Shown: positions 48,827 through 60,628 of the stretch, piece by piece
Numbering within the stretch: the stretch's first letter is position 1
Layout of the letters: each line of letters starts with the position of its first letter
Source of the DNA: Takakia lepidozioides
Taxonomy: Eukaryota; Plantae; Bryophyta
Direction of reading: 5' to 3'
NCBI GenBank assembly: GCA_030704615.1
Contig: CM060733.1
Coordinates: 48,732,001 to 48,796,000 of the forward strand
DNA: 64,000 nucleotides
Position numbers and translations under genes: made by a program
Notes under the pieces: model-generated
The model's input: the letters and a program-made list of their open reading frames with translations, nothing else
Told to the model about the DNA's origin: nothing
Databases searched by the model: none

Positions 48827-51239
48827 CCCCCTCACCCTTCCTCCTCTTCAATTACTGATACCCTTCACTACCCAACGAATCGCTCCTTTGATTCAAGAAT
48901 TTCAGTATCCTTGGCTACAATTCAGCGCACGATTTCCATTGAAACTCACAAATCTCAAAACTCACTCTCCCATTCCTGTCAGGGTCCACTCTCCCTGCCT
49001 TCAACTCAAGCTTTCGACGACCTCTGCATCAAATCTCCCCAACCCAACATCAGTGATCCTCTGGAATTACAGAATCCACAACGTTGTCTCCCTCCCCTCC
49101 CCTCCCCTCCCAAAAAATCCAATCTCTGCCTCGTCACTCTCGCGGTGCAGAGCGTTTACGTGGTTTCTCCAGATATGGACAAATGTTGGTGCAAGCTTGC
49201 CAGGAATTACCTCCATGTAGCTAAGTCTCCGCACAATCTCGTTCTGAGTCTACCGTAGCCGTCACTGAGCCACACATCATAACCAGCATCATGCAAACTG
49301 GATATGCAACTGAAATTTCCTGCATGTGGGTTATTTTCCCCATAGTTGGTAAGTAAACTGCTGCAAGTTAGAAGTTAGAAGTTAGAACCCAACTAGAACT
49401 GTAAGGGCCGATAAATAAAGGTGGTGGTGTGGGATGTTATTGCTAGAAGAAGGATAGTCATGAGAATATGTACGCATGTGATGCCAACCGGAGTTAGCGT
49501 AAATAAGAGCCTCTTCCCCTTGCAGACACTAAAGTCATGAAATAGTAGAGACTCGAGTGGGGCACAGCAAACAGAGGCGGACACATTTGCTACACCAAGG
49601 AAAGAAAAGTATATACGAGAGCTTGCGAGGTTGAGAATGATATGTGAATCGAGGTTGAGGATGTTCTACTTTCCACCCAAAGCATCGCCCCAACCTATTT
49701 GCACAGTTGGGGTTGGAGGCCATGAATCAAGTTTATTGGCTCCGGCTCCTCTTTATTCTAAAGAGGAGACTGTGCATCAGTGTCAAAAATCACTAAGCCC
49801 CTGTTGTGCCTTCCCCAGGCCTCCTTTGATGAAAACTACTGTGCCTCCAGGTAGCACCTCCCTCAAGTAACCTCTCTCTTATTGAACAATTTATGAAGAA
49901 TAAGTTGATGATTTTCTCAAGTTTATTATGGATGAAAAGAGACTTTACTGTATAAGTTTGATAATTTTGCAGAACTTCATTCAAAAAAATGTTTGGCTGG
50001 TTTCTTTGCAATTGAAGAGAGTTGGAAAGTTGGAACTTGGACTTGTCTTATTTACATTTTCCAGACTGTTCACTCTGGGGGGATGAAGTATGAAGACAAT
50101 GTGAACACTGAAACGCTATGGCATACTACCATTGCTAGCTGGCCCTGTACTGCAACTTTAGTTACCAGTTAATGTGAACCGACATCATTCTTCTTCTTCT
50201 TCTTCTTCTTCTTCTGTGAACCTCTGAACTCTGAACCTGTGCTGTACTATACCTGAAGATGTACGTCAAGATTCAAGAGTGTTAATTACCTAGGAATGGA
50301 GGCGGCTGATTCTGCAGCCTGACAGCACCTGATTCACCATGCAACTTAATGCTCATGCTCAATCTTGGGCGGTTCATTACTACAACACATCTGCTTATTA
50401 GAGCCCACTAATCAAAATTTCAACTGCAGTATTAGGTCCTCGCTAGTTGTAAAAAGCAATACACAGATCCTTTGTGGATGCAATGTACATACTGTACATA
50501 CTACATGCTACAGAAATGGTGGAGAATCAAAGTAAGTGAGGATTTGTAAACAGAGTTAAGTAAGTTAGTAAGTACTGGGTTAGGTTTAGGTTGTACTAAT
50601 TTGACTTGGGCCAAAGTGCCAAGTGGTACTTACAAGTCCCTGTAGAGTGAGCAGTGTACCAAGAATGAGGCCATAAATTGGCAGCCCAAACGAAACACAA
50701 AAGGTGGCGGACTGGTACACTGCCACACTCCCTGTGCCGCCACCTTTGTGACTATTCTAATGTCTCTAGTCTGTACTTAGCACACTTGGAAGCCGTTGGA
50801 AGGCTGAGGCTGCTAATGAGCAGCTGCTAATGTGATTAGCACTAAGCTGCCAGGGAGCTGTGAAGGGGTGAGGCGACGGCGTCAGCTCGGCATGGACGGC
50901 GTCCACAGAGAGAGCCTTAAAGGCAACGGAATGCCGTTGGGTCGGAGTGACGGCGTCACGTCGCACGAGGGTACATCGTCCGTGTGCTGACGGTCGCAGT
51001 GGCTGTTGACTGCTGTGTAGTTGCAGGGCGGGACGAGAGAAAGACAAAGAGACTCTGTGAGAGAGAGAGAGAGAGAGCAGGGATTCACGTGCGGCTGCTG
51101 TGATTTTAGGCGGTGGGTTGCTGAGTTTACAGAGTTTACAGAGTGCCAGAGATCTTTGTGGAGAGGATAAAGTGGGAGAGGAGGGTGAGGTTTGTTTCTG
51201 TGGTCATAAGGTGGTGCGGAGGTGGTGGGAGTGTGGGCT

Positions 51240-54200
51240 ATGGCGCGGACGTTGGGTTTTTGGTCTCAGGGTGTCATTCTGTTGCTGTGGATCTTGGGCG
51301 CCTGCTTTCTGGTTGTCTCTGGTATGATAGCCCTTCTCCTACATTGATGCGTGCTTCATTATGCTTTCTCGAGTTCAACTGGGTTTGGGAGAACAGTGGG
51401 GCCGCATGTGCCGAGTCATTATGCCGATGTGCTGGATTGCCCCCAAGCAAGGAGATGGATCAATGCAGCACCCTGTGCACCTCCACCGTGTGCATACGAT
51501 GGCTGGACATTATCGCCTCCTTGCTCTAGTCGTTTAAATCTGCGCGGCCCGTTGTAGTCACACGGTTCTAGGCTTCTCTTCTCTAAGTGATTGTGAAATG
51601 TCCGATGTACGACGATAATCACTTCGCGCATTTTCTATCGAACTGTGGATCTATTGGACAGTAGCTGGATACCCTCCTTCTTTGGCTTCCGCATTGCCTC
51701 CTACGGTTCTGCGGCCACAAATTATGGCAAACGGTTGTAGATTATCGATGCTAATTCTCCCACTCCCTTCCTTCCCATAGGCGTTACTGATATTATCATT
51801 TCATCTCCAGAAGCTTTTGAGCATGCTTTTAAGTTTTTGTGCTGGTTGGATCGGGATGTGGCTCTGTGAGACTCTCGCACAGTCTTAAGAATCTAACCCG
51901 CTAACATTGTATTTTCTTAATATGAAAATTGCCATGCCGTGCTAGAATTGTTGGTTGAAGTATTGTCATGCAGAGGGTCACCATAATAGGTGTCTGGACT
52001 GTCAGTTGCTTCCTAATGTTGTTGACAAGTTTAAGGTCGAAGGGAAAGTATAACCTGATCAACGCCTGGGAAGATGCTAGGAAGCTTGAGTACATGCAGT
52101 ATCACTTTTAAGTTGCTACTGTGCACAGAGCCCAGCCTCACTTTAAGAGTATATATGTAGCTGCTTAGGAGATTTCGTCGAGGGCAATCTCTCCATCCTT
52201 CTTAACATTCCCTTCAACCCCGCCAGTCAAGAAAGCTCTGCTCGTGTCAGCGTTGAAAGCAGTAATCTGTAATGCACTTATCTACAGCCTCTTCGTTTTG
52301 CAGTCTAAACTGTATACCTCGCATACGATGTAGTCTTACTGATCGCCACAAGAAACCTTGTAAAGGTGGATAATTATCTCGCAATCTGTTTTCTCGCAAT
52401 CTGCCCTACTTCCTGCCCTCTGTCTCTGTCTCTGTCTCTCAATGGCCACAAGGCTACGGCAAACGTCTTATGAGTACATTCTCTCTCTGGGGATTTTATA
52501 CTTCGGATTGGAGTGGATGTGCAGAGGGAGCCGGTGTGGTGGGTGTAAACTATGGGAGGATTGGGGATAACTTGCCCTCACCACCACAGGTCGTCAAATT
52601 GCTACAGTCCATGGGCATGACGAAAGTAAAGCTCTATGATGCGGACACCGCTGTTCTGCAAGCATTCGCCTACTCTGGAATCCAAGTTGTGATTGCTTTG
52701 CCCAATGAGCAGGTACTACAAATCATGAGCAGCTACGTTTTTTGCTTGCTGAAGTGGGTCATGCAGCACACTGATCAAATATTCTGGTCTTTTAATTGAG
52801 TGGTTGAAGTTTTGAGGATACATGGATAGCCGGATATCAAAATTGATTGTAAGCGTTTGTCATCCTTCTGACTGCCAGGAGTCTGACGAAAGCCCTTAGG
52901 CAAGGCAGGTAGGCGCTCACCCATCTGAGCACATTGCATGGTGATTTATGATTCACAACAATCGTTTTTGTGTTTAGTTCTGATTGATCCGATGCTGAGA
53001 TTGCATTGCTCTCGATCAAGACTTAAATGAAAATAACCAGTTTCCAGAAAGGGAAAATTTGACTGCTTGTCCGCTGATTGTGGTGAGGCCATTCAACGTA
53101 ATTAAGCTACACAATGTGATTGCACAAGACACTACCACAGTGATGGTTGCATTATCTGAATTGGATGTAGTCTTTCCATTCACAGATGATAGATGTGATA
53201 GTTCCACATGATGTACTCCATATCCCTGACCTTGGTGGTCAGTCTGCATTTGTCAGGAAAACGTCTTTCTCTTGCTCACAAACCCCCAGTAATGTGAGGT
53301 TTTCTTGCCACCCCAGATGACTTTTGAGTCTTGCACTGTGGTGCAGTGTTAGATTTCACCTTCGACCATGCTATTGCCCAGCTCCTCTCTGCAATTCACC
53401 TTTGACTTTTAGGTAGAAGAACTTGTCATTCCTGAAATGTGGTTGGAAGGTCCTATTAGTGCTTGGCACTGTGCAAATATGTAATAAGATTTGTTCCACT
53501 ACTGTAAGTGGAATATAGGTGTAGTGCATACCATTTATTTCATTTGATGTGGAATTTCGTCTTGGAATGATCCAGGTGGCAAGCCTTGCTAACAGCCCAA
53601 GAGCGTCTCTGGGCTGGGTGAGGCAAAATGTAGCTGCTCATCCCAATACCAGAATCTCTGCCATAGCTGTTGGTAATGAGGTCATGACTACCACCACAGG
53701 CATCAACACTCTTCTACTTCAGGCAATGAAGAACCTTCATGCGGCATTAGCGATTTTGAGGCTCGACAGTCAAGTGAGCAATCCACCTCTTGTCTAGATC
53801 ATGAGTGGGTCGGAGAGTTTACTTATTTGTGGACTGCTTGGGGTGATTCTTGTTTCCACCAACTTCTGATCAAAGCTGCAGCCTCTTCGTACTGTGCCAC
53901 ATTGTAATGCTCCAGTCAAATTAACAAGCAGTTCCAGCTCTTCTCAAGAAACATGGGCCTGACATGTCTACTGTCGACAATATCAACCAGTGTCATTGAC
54001 TGTTGATGGAAATCTAAACTGCAAAGTGGTTCTGTCCTTATTAACTTGTTGCAAAACAAGTCTTTCCTGATTTCCTCCATCCTCATGATTTATGGAGTGT
54101 CAAGCTTCCAAGTTTCCAGTAACTAGTGAGAGTGCCAGTTTGTATTCTTTATATTACACTAATGTTTTGGTGGAGCCTATCCCTTGTGGTGTGTAAGCTC

Positions 54201-55189
54201 AGATGTAACTCCAGCTAAATCTTGTGTGGATGGTCTATACACTTCTTCCACTACCTGATCTATTTGCTTACCCAACTGTCTGATGCCACCTGTGATTGTG
54301 AAATGACAGGTGAAAGTGTCCACCCCGCATTCACTTGCCATACTTGGGAATTCCTTCCCTCCATCTGCAGGTGTCTTTGCAACCAACTATTCTACCACTG
54401 TGGTGAAGCCAATCCTTGACTTCCTTGCTCAGACTGGTTCATTCATGATGATCAATGCCTACCCCTACTTTGCCTACAGGGACAACCAGAATGTCATTTC
54501 CAATGATTATGCACTTCTTTCACCATCTGCAGCAGGAGTCACAGACCCTGCCACTGGGTTCCATTACGCAAACTTGCTGGAAGCCCAGACAGATGCGGTA
54601 TTTGCAGCTATGGCTGCCTTGGGACACAAGGACATCCCCATTGTTATAACAGAGACTGGTTGGCCTTCCAAAGGTGATGCCAATGAGACTAGTGTGAGTA
54701 TACAAAATGCACAGACGTTTGTTAACAACTTGATTCGATATGTGCGGTCCACCAATGGTACACCACTGAGACCTGGGTCTGCAGTTGATGTGTACATCTT
54801 TGCTCTTTTCAACGAGGACAGGAAACCTGGCCCTACGTCAGAGAGAAATTACGGAATGTACTACCCAGATGAATCAGCTGTGTATACATGTGATATATCA
54901 GGAAAAGGGCCACTGGCCAACAGCCACCCGGGCATGACAAGGACAGGGCAGAGCTGGTGTGTGGCACTTGATAACATGACCCCCAGCAGTTTACAAACAG
55001 CCTTGGACTATGCTTGTGGGCCAGGAGGGGCCAACTGTGTTCCCCTTCAGCCTGGACAGAACTGCTACATGCCCAACACATTGGCAGGGCATGCTTCATA
55101 TGCCTTCAATAGCTACTATCAGAAGAATGCACGCAAGCAAGGAACTTGCTATTTTGGGGGGAGTGCAAGGATCACGACCACTGATCCAA
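51240..55189 (+). CDS. Glucan endo-1,3-beta-glucosidase (GH17 plus X8/CBM43). Exons 51240-51321, 52525-52712, 53576-53773, 54310-55189; last exon not resolved
   Basis: Signal peptide MARTLGFWSQGVILLLWILGACFLVVS; VGVNYGR, VKLYDAD, IAVGNEV, INAYPYFAY, ITETGWPSKG, YIFALFNED, ERNYG; X8 WCVA...ALDYACG...HASYAFNSYYQ...C.FGG. Confidence 0.93.
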
Positions 55190-58100
55190 GTAAGTTGAAA
55201 TTTTTGCTTCTAATTGACTGCTGAATCTTCTCTTGTTAGTCATATACATTACTGAATGCTTCTCTCTGAAATTGTTGCTGCCAGAATTTGTTGCAGCCAG
55301 GTGTTCTATCATTTTGTATGTTACAACTACATCCCCTTCAAGATACTTGAATCTGTAACTTCCCACTTAGACTGCCCAAATATCAAATTACCTCAGTTGT
55401 GGGTTTCTTAATTTGTCAAGCAATCTTTTGCAGCTTATCAGAGGTAATTTTCAGGATACTTCATGAGATATGGAAAGTACACAGCAACTTATGGGCGCTT
55501 GGTTGGGCAGGTACAAAGACTTGTCAGTATCCAAGCCAATGAAGTAGCTCGGGTCCTCGAGAAGCAGCTGGTGATGCTCACAACTTATGCAGGGTGTATT
55601 GCTTGATTGCTTCTTCAGCAACAGGAGAGTGTGCAAGACACGAAGCATCAGCAATTTTCTCGACTATATTTGTGTTATTGACCTTCAGTTTGCTACTGCC
55701 CAGCAAGCTACCATGAGTTTTCTTGAGTATCTTAAGTGCAACTGTCTGTGCAAATGCAAAACATTGGTGCTAGTCCCAAAAGATTTAAAGGGATGGAATT
55801 TAAAAGGAGTTGCAGTTGTCTCTGTAGAAGCTGCACTGGATCTGCTTAGGTTTGTGCGGCACTCCGTAGATTGGTAGATTTGTTACCCTGGACCCGGTAG
55901 ATTGAGCGCACCATGTGCACTTGAAACTTTGGACTCCTGGACCTTGTAGATTGAGTGCTCTGTGCACCATGTGCACTTGAAACTTGGGACTTCGACTAGG
56001 GGGTGTGAAGTAAATCCAAATCTTGTGCAGTGTGATGACTCTTGAAAGTTAATGTGTTTGCCTACCTCAAATATGCGAAACTTACTCATATATCCTCCCA
56101 AGATATATAGCTTCGGTCAGCTGTTATGGTGGAGTAAACAGCAAACCTCCATCCAAACACAGGAAACTCAGCACCTTCGAAAAAGGCGAAGATGTCATGC
56201 ATCCTAGTAGGCAAGCTCTAGAATCCTTTCCAGTAACCCCCAGAGTCCGGATCATCCATCCTCTCCATTCCCTGCAACTCATTCTACAGCGCAAAACCCT
56301 TCTGCATTTGCACATTCGTATGCACTCCTACGATATAGAAAAAACCTGGTTTTCTTGTTTTCTATCCTTTTGAGGGCACTGATCTGCACACAATGACCAG
56401 CACGTTACAGAAATTCACAAATGGAAGTGCGGGTTATGGGGTTGCTGCCCTGGGCAAGAATTCCATTATAAAAGTGTTCCAAGGAAAAACTTCGGCAAAT
56501 ATCATCTGACTTCCCTCCGGGACGGGTCCCCGAGTCGTGGCAACTCCTCGGCAGGTACGTTGCGTACTCACTCTCAGCGAGGTATGAAACTTCGGTGGAA
56601 CTTTCTCTGGCTAACCGAATGCGCAATGACAATGGCAAGATTTTTATGTGTCTGCCGGAATAATAAGCAATCCAGTCGTCTACTGGATCATATTCACTTA
56701 ACTCTATTAATTAATTGATTCATGTTTGCTGTTTTGTTTTGGGGGCCCTGCCTTGCGGAGCCCACTATTTACTGATTTAGTAGGTAGTAAGTTAGTAGGT
56801 AGTAAGAGGGGGGGTCCCTTATATAGCCTCTCAGGGCGGTGGACCCTTCTAGAAGCCCACCGACCCCCACTGACCCTGGGACCCTTCTAGAAGGCCCCCT
56901 TCTAGAAGGCCCTGGACACATGTCAACCCTACAAGCCTATTCTAAATTTAGCCAATTCCCCCTTCTTTTTTTGGACCCCCTCATCTCATTCCTTAATACT
57001 CGGGGCCTTCCTACATAGGCGCCCCACTCTAATTCCTGGGCCACAGTAATTCCTGGACCACTCTAGAATCAGGCCCGGATGAAACTGCTCTACATATTAA
57101 CCCCTAAAGGACAAGCTAACTTTTGGGGGTTTTCCCAAAAAGTGGGCCATACCCTCCATTGCTGAGCTGTAACTTCCTAAACCCCTTGGATGAACCGTTC
57201 CATTCCATCCCTACCTACTACATGAAGGTCCTCATAAAATTGTAGCACTTTTGACAGTTCCATTTTGTAGATTATAACAAAAGAAAATTGAACAAGTTGA
57301 AACCATGAACAAAAAAAAAGAGAAAAAATTGCTTTGACCATGCAAGTTTGGTGATTTTACATTTTTTCTTGAAAAAATGGCCTCTAGAATTCGGATACGG
57401 GGCAACCAACATGTCATCTCCCAGAGTCTCAGACCAAAATGCCAAAAATATGGGGGCTGCTTTGTATGTGAAATCTGGGGGGTAAAAAATCTTGTTTTGG
57501 CTTCTTTCCCAACTACACCCATGAGAGGACATTTGTTTTCCAATTCCTCTGGTAAGTAAGTACACAGTAACATTTCATGGTGCCTTGTCCAAAATTTTTG
57601 GCATTATGATAAATTTTCAGCCTTAGATGTTATCTTGAAGATTCCCCCCCATTGGCAAGTGATAAATGAGGCCCGGGAGTTGAATGGTGCCTCAGCGGGC
57701 CTGCCTGCGTGGCCCCACCCCCACCCTCCACCTTGACCCCCCCTCGCGGCAACGCCGCGGCCCGCGGTCGCCGCGCCAGTCGCCCCCCTCCTGCTCCACC
57801 CGCTGCCCCCGCGCCGGGTCCCTTGCTCTCGAGACTACTGTCACACAATGAACTCAGTGTTACTGTACTGCATGCATCCACCATGCATACCCCATGAATG
57901 CAAGAAATACATCCATGACATCATGACTTTGCCATCATACAGTTGGGTCACCCGACAAAAAACCAAGGACTTCACTTCACTTCGCTGCCACGATTCCGGA
58001 CGCTGGTACCCATCTGCTTATTTCTTGCAATTGCCAAGGAAGATCGAAGTTGGGTTCACTTCAGATGCAAACGCAGACGAAGAACTGTTTTGTTTAGAGA

Positions 58101-58466
58101 CATTGTTTGTGTTGTTTGAGTAGTTTGTTATTGACAAGAGTGTCTACTGCTGCCTTCCTGTTACAACTCCCCTAGTTTCGTTTATCGTAGCTTCTCCCCT
58201 TCTTCTTGGGGAAATGTGTCAGGCAGTCTCAGGATTAGGTTGACCTCAGCGACTATCTTAGGCTTAGAGTGCTATTCTTTTTTATGAGGGATCTGGTGTA
58301 GCGGGGCATTTGATTTATCTGGCCGATGAGTTCTTTGTACAGATTGCCATCTTGTGATTTCTTTACTGTGGACCCACATCCTTACAGGTTAGCTTAAACT
58401 CAGAGTAGACACGGACAAAGAGTGGTTGATTGGAAGCGTTGTTGGAGGCACATAGAGGAGTGAGAA

Positions 58467-59170
58467 ATGTTGTGGGTAGACAAGTACCGGCTGCGGACGC
58501 TTGACAAAGTGATGGTGCATGTCGAGGAAGCCCAGCATCTGAAGAATCTGGTGAGAACTTTGCATTTTTGCAAAATGTTGTCTTGATCTTAGGAGGTTAA
58601 CTACAACAAGCACGTTGCGAAATCTACATTGATAGGTTTGTCACAAGTGCGCAAGGTAACTAGAAATGTTGCAAGGCTCAAACGTTATCAACTTTCCTCT
58701 ATGTTGTAGAGGTGTCAAGGATAAGTAAGGACCACATAGGGCTTTGATTGCCAACCTACTGCGGCGTGTGGCATCAGACCCTGTGCATATATTGGATTGA
58801 CCTTATAGCGTTTCAATTTTCACAGACGAACTTACGAAGGCTAGCCATTTTGCTATCCACACCAGCGTCACAAGACCTGCACCACAGTGTAGCAGATTGA
58901 TATACAACTAAAGCGTGTGCAGGTTGTTTGTTTACAATGAGATAAGACCTGATGTGTTAAGCTCAATAGTGGGTCTTTGACAAAATATGGAGGGACGGAT
59001 TGACCTTTGCTAAGAAAGTGGGAGAAAGAGATGAATGATGTTCTCTGTGTGGTGGACAGACAGCACAGGGAGATTGTCCACACTTGATGTTCTATGGTCC
59101 CACTGGAGCACGCAAGAAAACCCTTATTGTGGCATTGCTCCGAGAGATGTATGGCATGAGTGCTGAAAAG
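58467..59170 (+). pseudogene. First two exons (58467-58550, 59060-59170) of a replication factor C small subunit (RFC3/38-kDa type), truncated
   Basis: MLWVDKYRLRTLDKVMVH...GDCPHLMFYGPTGARKKTLIVALLREMYG. Conserved KYRP is KYRL and Walker A GAGKKT is GARKKT. No further exons seen. Confidence 0.8.
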
Positions 59171-59419
59171 GTTTCTCTCTCTCTCCAAACAACGTCTTAT
59201 GAGTACATTCTCTCTCTCTCTCTCTCTCTCAACTTGGGTAGAATATTTCAGGTGGAATTAAGTGATTTTTTCCTATGGATATCCTGAAACTGACAAGTCT
59301 ATACTTGCTGCAAAATTCATTCCCTGGCTAGGGCCTTGTGGGATTTATTGAGTGCCCATTTGCTGGTTTGAATCTAGGGTTTCAGAATACTTACCCTGCA
59401 ATTTAGTATGACCAAGTAT

Positions 59420-60145
59420 TCAGCAGAATGCCTCAACGATCTTTGATCACGTGGAATATAATGTTGGCAGGATTTACCAAGCATGAGTGTGGTAGGAATG
59501 CTTCTGATTCCTGTGGATCAATAGCTACAGGAAACCTGCGTCAACTGGAAACAGCAGCGGCAACAACACAATTGATAAAACTAGGCACTGCTAATGAAGG
59601 CACCTTCTTCAACATATTTCAACTTGTTTTTCCATGTTATCAGAGTCGTCCCTAAATTTTCAGGTTGAATTCTGCAAGTTAGCTCGTTGGTGGATCTATG
59701 GTGGTTTTGGAGTGATTTTGACATGTTATTGCCAATGTGGCAACAGGAAAGTATTGAAGAACAGATAACAGAGACGAAGAGAAGCTCTGGAATGAATATG
59801 TTTCCGACCACAGTTAAGGGTGGAACAATCAAGGCAAAAAGGTGAATGCTTGTTGGAAGCGCAAGTCGGCATATGAACTAGTGTGATAAGTAGGGTTGGG
59901 GTGTTTACTAGAACAAATCTAGGCTGTCATTGTCAGCTGCTAGCAGCAAGGCAAGGATGTATGCATGATTTGTGCAGAGCATGGATAGCTGAAGGAGCAG
60001 GGATAGAGTTTGGGTCTGGAATGAATACTTTTCTGACCCCAGTACTTGTGTTGTGCTTGTGCAAGCCTGGCAGCCCTGGAAAAGGGCAAAGAGGTCCATG
60101 GTGACATCATCAAAGCCGGAATTGTACCTGGTGGGCATGTAACAC
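59420..60145 (+). pseudogene. PLS-class PPR gene fragments
   Basis: MPQRSLITWNIMLAGFTKHECG at 59428; CASLAALEKGKEVHGDIIKAGI near 60058-60123. Frames are broken. Confidence 0.72.
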
Positions 60146-60410
60146 AATTTTAAGTAAATCTGGACTAAAGTTTGGTCCAGAAATAAAGAGAAATATCTGA
60201 ATATGTAATTTTAAAATCATTTAAATGAATTTAAATGGATCATTTTAAATATAAATATAAAGATATAAATAATTATTTGTCTATTAATATATAATATGAG
60301 TAATAAAGAAACATTATGTATAAACTTTAGGAGAAAAAACAGTTTCTATTTGGCTCATAAAGCAAGTTCCACTGTTCACTCGACGTTTAGTAAGAGTTGA
60401 ATGAGATACC

Positions 60411-60628
60411 AACAGTCAGTAGCTCAGTTGGTGAAGTGCACTGAGTGTCACCCAGATGATTATGGGGTCAAAATTTGCTATTGACGAGTGTGGTATGATC
60501 CTGGGCGGTGTCCCATTCCAACGCCACATGGCGGGGTTACTGTGAAAGAGGCTATACTATTAAGGGGGCCTGATTTGTGAGCTGTCGATCCCAGGTGTTT
60601 CCATTACATTAAAAAATAAATTAAAAAA
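60411..60628 (+). mobile_element. tRNA-derived SINE, copy 2
   Basis: AACAGTCAGTAGCTCAGTTGG..AGTGCACTGAGTG.CACCCAGATG...GGTGTCCCATTCC...GTTACTGTGAAAGAGG...GTGAGCTGTC, shared with copy 1; A-rich tail. Confidence 0.8.

Noticed and set aside
52470-52524. ORF-track start for the glucanase (MSTFSLWG)
   Set aside because: Intronic. A proper signal-peptide exon at 51240-51321 splices in phase to 52525.
56700-57830. Helitron-like element with repeated CCCTTCTAGAAG and a GC-rich hairpin end
   Set aside because: Looks repetitive, but there is no terminal CTRR after the hairpin and no second copy to set boundaries.
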